Source: a virus
Direction: 5' to 3' (one strand)
Length of the DNA: 64,000 bases
IMG/VR virus record: IMGVR_UViG_3300021959_007960
Span: 32,001-96,000 of that record
This document shows, piece by piece, positions 29,877-39,528 of this stretch (the stretch's first letter is position 1; each line of letters starts with the position of its first letter). A program made the translations under genes and the position numbers. The notes under the pieces are model-generated. The model was given only the letters and a program-made list of their open reading frames with translations. It was not told the DNA's origin and did no database searches.

Positions 29877-30348
29877 CCTGTTCTGTATCTAGTTTAAAAA
29901 CTTCTTCAGACAATTCTTTAAACAGTGCTTTCCACTTGTCAATGTCTTTCTTGTCAGTAATATCCATTCCTATTGCATCATGATAATTATCTATGCCCCA
30001 TGATTCAGCAACATTAGCATTTAATGCTATCTGTCTGTATGTAATTTTAGGTGGAGATATTTTATTTAAAGATACAAATTTTGGTTTTGCTGTACAATCC
30101 AATATAATTAAAGGAACATGCAAATGGTGTGCGAGATATAAACACTTCTCTAGCATTTCTGTTTTGTTTAAACATATTACACTGTGAATACCTATATGAC
30201 TAAAAATAGCATCGTCCATACCATGTACATTTTTTTTACCTAAGACTTTAGTAAAAAATCTATATATATGTTTGTTATCTGTGCTAGAAATAACAACATG
30301 CATATTATCTTTATTTAGTGTTTTTAAAATACAATTTTTAATAGTCAT
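29863..30348 (-). CDS. Hypothetical protein
   Basis: 161-aa ORF with stop/start overlap. Confidence 0.6.
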   Translation of the reverse strand: MTIKNCILKTLNKDNMHVVISSTDNKHIYRFFTKVLGKKNVHGMDDAIFSHIGIHSVICLNKTEMLEKCLYLAHHLHVPLIILDCTAKPKFVSLNKISPPKITYRQIALNANVAESWGIDNYHDAIGMDITDKKDIDKWKALFKELSEEVFKLDTEQDDNG

Positions 30349-31436
30349 TATAATAAATTATTAATGTTAGAGATATCGTATTGTGATATATCATCATGTA
30401 AATCATCTATTTGTTTATGTCTGGAATAGTAAGCAGTAATCATACTTTGTCTTAAATCATTATTGTCCATAGTATAATAATAATTATATATATTGTTATC
30501 TGTTATGTCATTATAATAAGCTGCTTGTGAATTACAAATCATAGAATTAACATGTAAACAATTTGTTAAATATGATGAAGTTGTAAGCCTATCATTTGAT
30601 ATGATGTGTTTATTCATGGCTGCTAAATTTAATACTGAGTATGATGCTTCATTTGTTTTATTAACGTCTACAAAACAATGTACATTACTATATATTTTTG
30701 CTAAATCTGACTTATCCAAAACATTATTAATAAGAATAGGCATATTATTATCGTTAGCTTTTAATCTGCTGTCAGTAAGAATATCGCGTATATCCTCAAG
30801 AACAAGTTGTGATTTTTCTTTTGACAAGTTATTGGTTTTTAATATAAGTCCAGTATTACTATTGGTAAAAGTAGTTACATAAGTATAAATTAATTTTTCC
30901 CAATCGTATTGCTCAGTAAAATTTAATTCTGTATAAAAATAAAATCTATCTTTTTCCATCCACTCAAAAGTTTCTGGGGTTTTATATTCTTCAATATTAG
31001 CACAGTCTAAAAGTTGTGGAGAATAAACAAATTTATCATACAGTTTAGAGGATACAATGTTCTGTAAAACTTTTAATTTAACTTTGCAGTTGACCACTAT
31101 TTGATCTAACAAGAATAGATTATTATTAATAATAGGGTCTGGATCAAAACCAGAGATATCACATATGCCTATATTTCTTTCAAAATCAGAGTGGTAAACA
31201 AACTCACTATTACCACAATGTTGTATACAAATGTCGTACCTATCAAAATTATTTTTTTCTAAATCTGCGATATCATTAAATATTTTATTATTTAAGTATT
31301 TTTCACAAAATCTTGGGATAGTTTTAATATTATGCCCTGCTTTTTGTAAGGCTTTAATATTCATATATGCATAAAAGCCTCTGTTAGATTCTTCTCTATA
31401 AGGCCCGATATATAATATATTTTTAGCAGAAGACAT
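30348..31436 (-). CDS. Divergent GT-B (GT4-like) glycosyltransferase
   Basis: NILYIGPYRE..GF N-terminus; C-terminal IYSNVHCFV...E...LAAMNKHII. Confidence 0.55.
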   Translation of the reverse strand: MSSAKNILYIGPYREESNRGFYAYMNIKALQKAGHNIKTIPRFCEKYLNNKIFNDIADLEKNNFDRYDICIQHCGNSEFVYHSDFERNIGICDISGFDPDPIINNNLFLLDQIVVNCKVKLKVLQNIVSSKLYDKFVYSPQLLDCANIEEYKTPETFEWMEKDRFYFYTELNFTEQYDWEKLIYTYVTTFTNSNTGLILKTNNLSKEKSQLVLEDIRDILTDSRLKANDNNMPILINNVLDKSDLAKIYSNVHCFVDVNKTNEASYSVLNLAAMNKHIISNDRLTTSSYLTNCLHVNSMICNSQAAYYNDITDNNIYNYYYTMDNNDLRQSMITAYYSRHKQIDDLHDDISQYDISNINNLL

Positions 31437-31438
31437 TC

Positions 31439-33043
31439 TTATCCTTTCAGGAAGGGTGATTCGTCTTTAGCTTTTCCTGATCTTAAATTTTCCAATAATG
31501 CTTTATGATTTAGTATAGACTCCAAAACTTTTTTAGCCATATCCCTGTTGTAATTTACTATGTTTCCTCCAGCAGCTACAAATCCTTGGTCTAGGTGTTG
31601 AATCATTGATTGTATCATAGTAGTTTTTAATAGGTGTGGACTCATGATAATGTTTTTAAGAGCATATGTGATCCATTCCCTATTGCTTGTTATGTCTTTA
31701 GGTATTGTAGGGTTGTTAGAGTCAAACATCATAGGCGTATCCCAATTATTTTTAGGTTCTATACTGTCAAATAGCTTTTCATATGTTTTTGCTGTCTTAT
31801 CCCAACTATAATTGTCTATAATTGCTTTTCTAATATTTACTTGTTTTTCTTTCTGTTCTTCTTTAGAAAGTTCTAGGTACTGAAACAATTGTTTAACTAA
31901 ATCTTTATCGTTAGGAACTGCTCTAAATGCTCCAGTTTCTAATTCTTTAAATAAAGCATACGGTATTTTATTTGTTTTTAATTTAGTAGTTACTTCACTC
32001 ATAGCACTGTAGTCTACTGAGAAAACAGGAACACCACAAGAAGCAGCTTCAAGCTGAGGGATACCTAATCCTTCACATATTGCATATTGAACATAGACAT
32101 CAAAAAAATTATAGATATTTTTTAATTCATTATCTGTTAAGCCGTGTACCACATTAGGAAAACTTGCGCCGTTTTTATGGCAGAAAGGACATTTTGTTTT
32201 AGGTCCTTTCCATAATGAAGCCCATGCTTTTTTACAGTGTGGGCAATAATATGTAAAGAAAGTAAAATTATATGCCTCATACTCTTGTAATAATGAAGGG
32301 ATGTCCCATCCACTTTTTTCGGGGTAGCTGGTATGTAGATATAGATAGACATTACTGTTTTTCGACAGCAATCTTAGATCTCTGATAGCACCCATTAGAT
32401 TAGGAATTAATTTGCGTTTTTGATTCCTCATAACTGCTCCTACCACAAAAGAATCAGTAGGTAGCATGTGTAAAGCTTTGTTTGTTTTGTGAGAAAAATT
32501 GATTGGCCTAAATACATCTGTATCTACAGAATCAGATACGCTTGGACATGTATTTATATTATATCCAGATGCATCCATGTAATTTACAGCCCAATCTGTA
32601 TGACCAGAAACAAAGTCTGCATTAGCAAAAGTTTGCATCCAATGATATTGTTGAGGTAATGAGTCTACAGTAGGAGCAATAACCCAATGAAAATATGGCC
32701 TAAGTAAAGAAGCATCTTGCCAAGCAAGCATCCAATAGTCTCTAATATCAAATACAATATCTGGTCTAAAATCTAAAACAACTTGATCAAATCTCCATTT
32801 ACCAAAAACATTTTCTGGATCAGCATTATATTGTTTAGCATGTTCATGGTCATTACCAACTGCATTAGGATAAACTTTCCATGGAACTTGATTATTATGC
32901 AGATTAGTATTGAAGCAACTTAATTCTGCTATCTTATACTTTCCAGTATTATGTAGTCTTTGTAGGATTTCTCTAGTATACAAGCCGAACCCTGATTTGG
33001 CGACATGGTGTTCACCAACCATTAAAATTCTTTTTTTTCTCAT
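31439..33043 (-). CDS. GT4-family glycosyltransferase with zinc-ribbon insertion
   Basis: SGFG, VMRNQKRK, EGLGIPQLEAASCGVP; CPHC...CPFC insert. Confidence 0.85.
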   Translation of the reverse strand: MRKKRILMVGEHHVAKSGFGLYTREILQRLHNTGKYKIAELSCFNTNLHNNQVPWKVYPNAVGNDHEHAKQYNADPENVFGKWRFDQVVLDFRPDIVFDIRDYWMLAWQDASLLRPYFHWVIAPTVDSLPQQYHWMQTFANADFVSGHTDWAVNYMDASGYNINTCPSVSDSVDTDVFRPINFSHKTNKALHMLPTDSFVVGAVMRNQKRKLIPNLMGAIRDLRLLSKNSNVYLYLHTSYPEKSGWDIPSLLQEYEAYNFTFFTYYCPHCKKAWASLWKGPKTKCPFCHKNGASFPNVVHGLTDNELKNIYNFFDVYVQYAICEGLGIPQLEAASCGVPVFSVDYSAMSEVTTKLKTNKIPYALFKELETGAFRAVPNDKDLVKQLFQYLELSKEEQKEKQVNIRKAIIDNYSWDKTAKTYEKLFDSIEPKNNWDTPMMFDSNNPTIPKDITSNREWITYALKNIIMSPHLLKTTMIQSMIQHLDQGFVAAGGNIVNYNRDMAKKVLESILNHKALLENLRSGKAKDESPFLKG

Positions 33044-33079
33044 ATACTAGAGACTCCTTTTGCTATTAATAAAAAATAA

Positions 33080-33460
33080 TTAGAATGCTACAGGTTGTTG
33101 TTCCTTAGATTCTGTACTAGTGGTACTCTTCTTTAGCTTAGTAATCTTTGAAAAGTTATTTACTCTAACTTTCATAGTACTATGCTTTACTCCATCCTTT
33201 TCCCACTTATCGTTTCTCATCGAACCCTCGACAAAAACCAGGTCTCCTTTTCTGAAAGACTCTGCGATAAGTTCTGCACCACTATCCCATGCTTCACAAG
33301 GAATATATGAAACAATCTTATCTCTCACACCGTTTGCTTTGGTGTATTCTCTAGAGACAGCTACAGTAAAATTAATAACAGAGATTTGTCTATCTCCACT
33401 ATCAATCTTTCTAAGTTCTGGATCTCTAGTAAGATTGCCTCGTAAAATAACTGTATTCAT
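33080..33460 (-). CDS. ssb: Single-stranded DNA-binding protein
   Basis: MNTVILRGNLTRDPELR...KGDLVFVEG; C-terminal VAF. Confidence 0.95.
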   Translation of the reverse strand: MNTVILRGNLTRDPELRKIDSGDRQISVINFTVAVSREYTKANGVRDKIVSYIPCEAWDSGAELIAESFRKGDLVFVEGSMRNDKWEKDGVKHSTMKVRVNNFSKITKLKKSTTSTESKEQQPVAF

Positions 33461-33511
33461 ATCAATTACTCCATATCAAAAGGGTTAAAAAAACAGATTA
33501 AGCTGTTACGT

Positions 33512-33539
33512 ATTATAGGCTAATCTTGAACTTTGTCAA
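33512..33539 (-). promoter_or_regulatory. Consensus sigma70-type promoter upstream of ssb
   Basis: TTGACA-N16-TATAAT on the minus strand. Confidence 0.75.
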
Positions 33540-35137
33540 GACTGTGGAATAAAAATTTTATCCACTATTAAACTTTCCTTATCTTTAGATCTATTTCCTT
33601 TAATAATAACAATATTTCCATCAAATAAAACATTTTGATAAACTCTATATGTCTCTGGAAATATAATAATAGAATCTAAAACTCCTGTACTATCTGACAG
33701 GCTCAAAAATGCCATTTCAGCACCTTTGTTTTTTCCTGATTTAGTTTTGACTACATTTACTTGTTCTATTTCTCCAGCCAATACTACTTCTTTTTGAGCA
33801 TTTTTTAAGAAATCCCCACAAGTACAATTTGTATTAGAAACATCATACATGTCAATTCTGGAGCAGGATATGGAGTATCCTAATAGTTCATATTCTTTAT
33901 CAGAAATCCACTCTATTGAGTCGTTTAAGTCAAATGGTGGTTTGTCTATACTTTTAATATGATTGTTGACAATTGCTTGTCTTCTAATATTAATTTTATC
34001 TAACATTAGTTTTTGCAGTATGTCTTTTATGGTCGAGTCTTCAGAGATGTATTTTTGACATTTTTCTATTTCTTTTTTTGTTAGATCTGAAATTATACTA
34101 TATTCAAATAACATGCAGTTTCTAGTTTTGCCATAATGATCCATTGCCCCAGAAGATATCAAGCCTTTAACTGCTGTGCTATTCAAGTTTAGTAATATAT
34201 TAAAAAGTAATTCTATCCAACTTAATTTATCTATATCATAATCTTTTACTAAAGTCTCTAGCTTCTTAAAAACAGATTGACCAACACCCTTAATATCTGT
34301 CAAACCAAAATATATAATTTTATTTTTTAAAACAAAATATTGGTTTAGCTTTCTAATATCTGGCGTGGAAACCAAGATGTTCATTTGAGAAGCATTTTGT
34401 ATGAGTTCTTTGATTTCTTGTTGTGTATCTATTTTATCCTTAGCAAATTTAAGATATGACGCAAAAAATGTTCTGGTGAAGTGTGCTTTGCTATATGCAG
34501 ATAAGTAAGCATTCATTGCATAGCTAACAGCATGACTTTTATTAAAGCTGTATCTTTGGCTTTTTTCAATCCAAGAAAATATTTGTTCTGCTTGTTCAGC
34601 GGAAATAATATCTAATTTTTTACAACCTTTAATAAATTTGTCTTTTAGCTTAGACATCTCTCCTGCTTTTTTCTTACCAATAGCTTTACGCAGCATATCT
34701 GCTTCCTGTAAGTCAAAACCAGCTAATTCTTTAGCAATCTGCATAGCCTGTTCTTGATAAACCATTTCTCCAAAAGTATTTTTAAGAATAGGTTCTAGAG
34801 CAGGGTGAAAGTAATCTATAGACTCTAGTCCGTTTTTCTTGTCTATGTAATGATTACTAACTGTCTTGCTATCTCTTACAGCCTCCAAACATCCCGGTCG
34901 CATAATACTAATTAAGGCTGAAAGTTGCTCTATAGAATCTGGCTTGAGTTTTTTAGCCATACTTCTTCCAAGTCTGGACTCTAGCTGAAAACAGCCTTTA
35001 GTATTTCCACTTGATATTAAATCCCAAGTAGCATTACATTTTAAGTTTATAGAAGAAATTTGTGGATCAAAAATGATGTTTTCATTTTCGTCTAGAGCAA
35101 ATTTACATCCACAGTTTTTGTATTCAAAGTATTTCAT
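33536..35137 (-). CDS. dnaE: DNA polymerase III alpha, C-terminal half (fingers, HhH, OB fold)
   Basis: GCFQLES, RPG, MVYQEQAM, ADMLRKAIGKKK, YSFNKSHA, GLTDIKGVG, MAFLSLSDSTG. Confidence 0.93.
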   Translation of the reverse strand: MKYFEYKNCGCKFALDENENIIFDPQISSINLKCNATWDLISSGNTKGCFQLESRLGRSMAKKLKPDSIEQLSALISIMRPGCLEAVRDSKTVSNHYIDKKNGLESIDYFHPALEPILKNTFGEMVYQEQAMQIAKELAGFDLQEADMLRKAIGKKKAGEMSKLKDKFIKGCKKLDIISAEQAEQIFSWIEKSQRYSFNKSHAVSYAMNAYLSAYSKAHFTRTFFASYLKFAKDKIDTQQEIKELIQNASQMNILVSTPDIRKLNQYFVLKNKIIYFGLTDIKGVGQSVFKKLETLVKDYDIDKLSWIELLFNILLNLNSTAVKGLISSGAMDHYGKTRNCMLFEYSIISDLTKKEIEKCQKYISEDSTIKDILQKLMLDKINIRRQAIVNNHIKSIDKPPFDLNDSIEWISDKEYELLGYSISCSRIDMYDVSNTNCTCGDFLKNAQKEVVLAGEIEQVNVVKTKSGKNKGAEMAFLSLSDSTGVLDSIIIFPETYRVYQNVLFDGNIVIIKGNRSKDKESLIVDKIFIPQS

Positions 35138-35820
35138 TGTGCAAAAGAATTTCTAAATTTAATCTTTTTGGCTTCATTCCTATGAAGCCTTAAAAACCTA
35201 ATCAACATAGCAGCACAGTCATTGACATCTTTCATAGCGTCATGTGCTCCTTCTTTACTTATGCCTAAATACTCACGCATAGTATCTAGCGAAAGACTTT
35301 TTAAATCTTCATTGTTTTCAAACCAAAGAAACATTAGATGCATTAAATCTATTTTGTCTCTTGGATGAAAAATATTATTGGTTTTATCTTTCCCTACATT
35401 TTTATATTTTAAAGCCATTCTGTCTACTATAGGAATATCAAATCTCAGTATATTATATCCTGCTGCTATTGGAGCAGAGAACATACTTTTACGAGAGCTT
35501 CTAGTGTGATATTTATCTAAGTAGTTAACAAATTGACTCCAAGATTGTTTTTGTGGAGGGAAATTTTGCCAACTGTTTAAGACTTCTGAAGCTGTACTAT
35601 TTTGTGCTTTAGCATGGAACTCTAGTAAGTCGGTTTCGTATTGATGGTCTGGATTCTTATCTAGTAATTCAGGTTTAAGATTTATATTAAACTCAGAATT
35701 AGGGATAACTTCCAATTTATCTGCATCCACCATAACAGCAGCAAGCTGAACAGGGCTACATTGGAACGGATCTTTACCATCTGTTTCAAAGTCAAAAACA
35801 CATATTTTATTTTTTTTCAA
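35134..35820 (-). CDS. DEDDh 3'-5' exonuclease (DnaQ/epsilon-like)
   Basis: FDFETDG, GYNILRFD, AHDAMKD. Confidence 0.9.
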   Translation of the reverse strand: MKKNKICVFDFETDGKDPFQCSPVQLAAVMVDADKLEVIPNSEFNINLKPELLDKNPDHQYETDLLEFHAKAQNSTASEVLNSWQNFPPQKQSWSQFVNYLDKYHTRSSRKSMFSAPIAAGYNILRFDIPIVDRMALKYKNVGKDKTNNIFHPRDKIDLMHLMFLWFENNEDLKSLSLDTMREYLGISKEGAHDAMKDVNDCAAMLIRFLRLHRNEAKKIKFRNSFAQ

Positions 35821-35992
35821 GTCTTGTTACCTCGTCTAAGGGTCGGAATACAGCGTCGGCATTATCTAGCTTTCGTTTTGCGTTACATTTTACTTTACAA
35901 CAGCTAACTCTTACTTCAGGAACCTTTGTGTATTGAGCATTTTGCCCCGGTTTCACGAAGATGTCGTTAATACTTAGATCTTTAAATTGCAT
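35807..35992 (-). CDS. Small Cys-containing hypothetical protein
   Basis: 61 aa filling the gap between dnaE-N and the exonuclease; RBS aaggag. Confidence 0.65.
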   Translation of the reverse strand: MQFKDLSINDIFVKPGQNAQYTKVPEVRVSCCKVKCNAKRKLDNADAVFRPLDEVTRLEKK

Positions 35993-35993
35993 T

Positions 35994-37871
35994 TTATACT
36001 CCTTGTTTTAACATTGAAGATATGTTCATGATTTTATCTAATACCGCTACTCCTAGAATATCAAATTTAATCACTCCAATGTTCTCTAGGTCTTGCATTT
36101 CCATACCAGCTATCAAATTCTTATTTTTGGTATCATATACCATCGGACAAATATTACTTAGTTTTTCTGGAGCAATCACGACTCCAGCAGCATGTTTGGA
36201 TTGATTTGTTTTAGTACCCTCTAGTCTAATAGACTGTTCAAAGCGTTTTGACAAGGGCCCTTGTAGATTTCCTTCTTTATCTATCGAACACCACTCTTTT
36301 AAATCTTTAGCTTTATTTTCTAAAGTCCACTTAATAATAGATGCCTCTCCCTGTTCTTTTTTCATTTCTTCTAACTCATCAGAAATTTTAGCTTCATCAG
36401 GTATGTTTTTAGTAATTTTATTCATGTCTTCAAAAGACAAATTACCATACGCCCTTAAAACATCTTTCAATGCACCTCGACCTTTCATTGTATTAAAAGT
36501 TAACATTTGAGAAACTTTGTCTTCTCCATAAGTTTTTTTAATGTATTCAATAATACCTTCTCTCTTATCAATAGGAACATCTAAATCAATATCTGGCATA
36601 GAAACTCTATCTTTAGTATTTCTACCAGCGTTATAAAATCTATCAAACAATAAGTCGTATTTCATAGGATCAATTGAAGTAATACCCAAAAGGTAAGAAA
36701 CCAGACATCCTGCTGCACTACCTCTACCCGGCCCCGGCAACCAAGAAGAATTTCTAATATATTTAACGATATCTTGTACAATTAAAAAATAACTAGATAG
36801 ACCAGCACCATGCAAAACATCAAATTCATATTTTAATCTGCTGACATATTTATCTTGTATTTGCTTATCTAAGCCATTAAGTTTGTTATTTCTCCAACCT
36901 TCTCTACAAAGTTGTCTTAAATAGTCTGAGTCAGAATCATACTCACTAGGATATTGAAAAGGTGGTAAAATAGGCTGACTAAGAATATTATAATCTTCAC
37001 ACAATTGATCTACAAATATTGTATTTTCTATTTCTTCTTCAGTATGTAAACCATGCATTTCTTCGCTAGATGGTATGTAATACTTGTCACTATTGAAAAA
37101 GCAAGATAATCCAACCTCTATATTATTTTGTAATTTATGATTCACAGCAGATAGAGTTGTTCTCATATTGTTGCACAATAAAATTCTTTGATCTACTGCA
37201 TCTTCTTGTTTTGCATAATGTGCATCGGGTGTGCAGATAACCTTAGTTTGTGTAGAATGTCCAAGCGATCTAATGCTATCAGTAAGTTCAACTTGAATAG
37301 GGTTTGCTATTCTATCTATTAATTGAGCTTCTAAAAATACGTTTTCTTTTCCAAAGATATTATGTAAGTGCGATATGTGGTTTGTTGCGTCTTTCTTCCA
37401 GCTATCACTTATCTTATCTTCGACTACAATACGGTTGGCTAATGTAGAACCTAAATGTCCTGTAATCGCTATAATGTTATCATCTAACAAATCCCCTAAA
37501 GTATCTAAATCCACTCTAGGTTTGTGATAGAATCTATCAGGATGGTTAGACTCTGAAACTATTTTAATTAAAGTTTTCCATCCCTGTAGATTTTTACATA
37601 ATACAACAAGGTGTTCTAGTTTTGCGTTTTCTTTTTTCTTTTCTTTAGAACACTTTTTAGATATGTAAAGTTCACAACCTAAAATGGGTTTGATATTATT
37701 GCTTTTTAATTGTTGATAAAATTGAACGGCTCCAGAGATTGAACCATGATCTGTTATAGCACAAGACGTTGCTCCTATAGTTTTACATCTGTTAACAATG
37801 TCTTTAGGTTTACTTAAACCATCCAATAAAGAATAATGAGTGTGAACATGCAAAGGAGTATATAATTTCAT
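35994..37871 (-). CDS. dnaE: DNA polymerase III alpha, N-terminal half (PHP + palm/thumb)
   Basis: HVHTHYSLLD, TDHG, DAHY, GPGRGSAAG, MPDIDLD, SKHAAGVV, KFDILG. Confidence 0.95.
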   Translation of the reverse strand: MKLYTPLHVHTHYSLLDGLSKPKDIVNRCKTIGATSCAITDHGSISGAVQFYQQLKSNNIKPILGCELYISKKCSKEKKKENAKLEHLVVLCKNLQGWKTLIKIVSESNHPDRFYHKPRVDLDTLGDLLDDNIIAITGHLGSTLANRIVVEDKISDSWKKDATNHISHLHNIFGKENVFLEAQLIDRIANPIQVELTDSIRSLGHSTQTKVICTPDAHYAKQEDAVDQRILLCNNMRTTLSAVNHKLQNNIEVGLSCFFNSDKYYIPSSEEMHGLHTEEEIENTIFVDQLCEDYNILSQPILPPFQYPSEYDSDSDYLRQLCREGWRNNKLNGLDKQIQDKYVSRLKYEFDVLHGAGLSSYFLIVQDIVKYIRNSSWLPGPGRGSAAGCLVSYLLGITSIDPMKYDLLFDRFYNAGRNTKDRVSMPDIDLDVPIDKREGIIEYIKKTYGEDKVSQMLTFNTMKGRGALKDVLRAYGNLSFEDMNKITKNIPDEAKISDELEEMKKEQGEASIIKWTLENKAKDLKEWCSIDKEGNLQGPLSKRFEQSIRLEGTKTNQSKHAAGVVIAPEKLSNICPMVYDTKNKNLIAGMEMQDLENIGVIKFDILGVAVLDKIMNISSMLKQGV

Positions 37872-38911
37872 TCTGTGCTTCCTGGGGCCTTGTAGTGTCC
37901 TATATTATAGCCTGGAACAGTGTATTCGTCAACAGTATTTTTGTATCCTTTTACAGAAATGTCATGAGCCACCTGTTCGCATTTGGTCATAGGAGTATTT
38001 ACAGAACAAACTTGGCCATCCCTATATTCTACCAATGGCTGTATATCGGTATCTTCGAATGTAGTTTTCCCATAATGACACAACTTAGTGCATTTCCAAG
38101 TCTTTTTTAATTCTGGTTTGACAGTATTTTTAATATGTTTAAATTTTTTCTTTAGTAATTCTTCAGTTTTACATAGGTCTTTTTTACTAAACGTCATACT
38201 AAAAGGACCACCATCATTTATAAAATATATAGTTACGATACAATGATCTATTTCAGGATAAAGTTTATTTACTGCATAATAATAAATCATTAGCTGTGGA
38301 TCAATCTCTAATTTTTCTTGCGTCTTTTCCTCTCCGGTCGCCCAATTAAGTCTACGTCCTGTTTTCCAATCAATAATTTCAGCAGTATTTTCGTTTGGTT
38401 TTGTTATTAAGTCAATTGTTCCTTTGATAGATAATTGACCTTCTAGTGGCCCATCTTTCGTGTCATACTTGAATTTAGCCCAAGGCTTATCAATAGTTAT
38501 ATCAAATTGTTGTTCTGGATATAATATATTTTTATTACGAGGATCAAACATTCCATCAGCATAATTAATTGCTTTATATGTCCACTTAGAGCAATCTTTA
38601 AAATCAACATTTGTCCACTTATGATGAGTAAAAGCACTAGTATAATAGGTATATACAGACTCTATAATACCGTCCAAATTGTAATCTTCAACATATACCT
38701 CCCCTACAATATCGTCTGTAAAAGACCGATTACCTTGTTGTTGGTGATACTTAATAAATGCCAAAATTTCTAATACTTTATGTACAATAGTACCCTTGTC
38801 TGCTTTTTTATTAGAAGGAGATCTATACCCTAATACATAATCAAAGAAGTATTGTTGTTCGCACATATTGTGTGTGTTGTAGGATGAACTACGAAAGTAT
38901 GTAATTATAAT
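37868..38911 (-). CDS. Cas4/RecB-like PD-(D/E)XK exonuclease with probable Fe-S cysteines
   Basis: KGTIVH, GTIDLI, IIDWKTG, QLMIY, N-terminal Cys and C-terminal Cys cluster. ORF track starts at 38866 but the frame extends to a likely ATT start at 38911. Confidence 0.85.
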   Translation of the reverse strand: MIITYFRSSSYNTHNMCEQQYFFDYVLGYRSPSNKKADKGTIVHKVLEILAFIKYHQQQGNRSFTDDIVGEVYVEDYNLDGIIESVYTYYTSAFTHHKWTNVDFKDCSKWTYKAINYADGMFDPRNKNILYPEQQFDITIDKPWAKFKYDTKDGPLEGQLSIKGTIDLITKPNENTAEIIDWKTGRRLNWATGEEKTQEKLEIDPQLMIYYYAVNKLYPEIDHCIVTIYFINDGGPFSMTFSKKDLCKTEELLKKKFKHIKNTVKPELKKTWKCTKLCHYGKTTFEDTDIQPLVEYRDGQVCSVNTPMTKCEQVAHDISVKGYKNTVDEYTVPGYNIGHYKAPGSTE

Positions 38912-39528
38912 GATATCACCTTTTGTTCTGTAAGAAAATTATAAATATGTTGGTCTTTATCTTCAATAGATAACGAGTGATTATCAATAATTAAATCAAA
39001 ATTAGATTGGTCGTAGCTGGCTTCATCTAGTGCAGTTTCACTAGCATGAGTTGACGAATACAAACTCCTATCTAGTTTTATAACTAATCCACCTGCTTGT
39101 TTAACAGCTGCAACTTCATTAGGAAAACGACAGTCTGCAATTAAAGCTAACGGGAAATTCTCTTTTTTTATTTTTCTAAGCGTAGCATCGGACCATACAT
39201 TGTTTTGCATCCTTCTTAATACATCAGTTCCCACATATTGCATCACCTCTCGCGCTGTCATTTGTGCGTCAATACCTGGCCAAAAACAATTAACCAGTTC
39301 ATTTTTATTTTCATCTGTACCATAACACTGTGCTTCAGTTAAACCTAATATGTCTATACACAGCTTTTTTAATGGGTCAGCAAAATTATATGTGCTGACA
39401 ACTTCGCAGTAATCGCTTTGATCGAGAACCGTTCTATATTTATAGTAATGATTAGTAAAAAGTCTAGAAGCAAATTTACACGCACTAGTTTTACCAGATT
39501 GTTTTTTACCAGCAAATGCAATAATCAT
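38905..39528 (-). CDS. Deoxynucleoside monophosphate kinase
   Basis: GKKQSGKT, FADPLK, REVMQYVGT, ADCRFPNE, HASE. Confidence 0.9.
   Translation of the reverse strand: MIIAFAGKKQSGKTSACKFASRLFTNHYYKYRTVLDQSDYCEVVSTYNFADPLKKLCIDILGLTEAQCYGTDENKNELVNCFWPGIDAQMTAREVMQYVGTDVLRRMQNNVWSDATLRKIKKENFPLALIADCRFPNEVAAVKQAGGLVIKLDRSLYSSTHASETALDEASYDQSNFDLIIDNHSLSIEDKDQHIYNFLTEQKVISL

Noticed and set aside
33536-37871. Split intein or self-splicing intron in dnaE
   Set aside because: No intein N-terminal C/S block or C-terminal HN motif at either end. The intervening DNA is fully occupied by two ORFs, leaving no room for intron structure.
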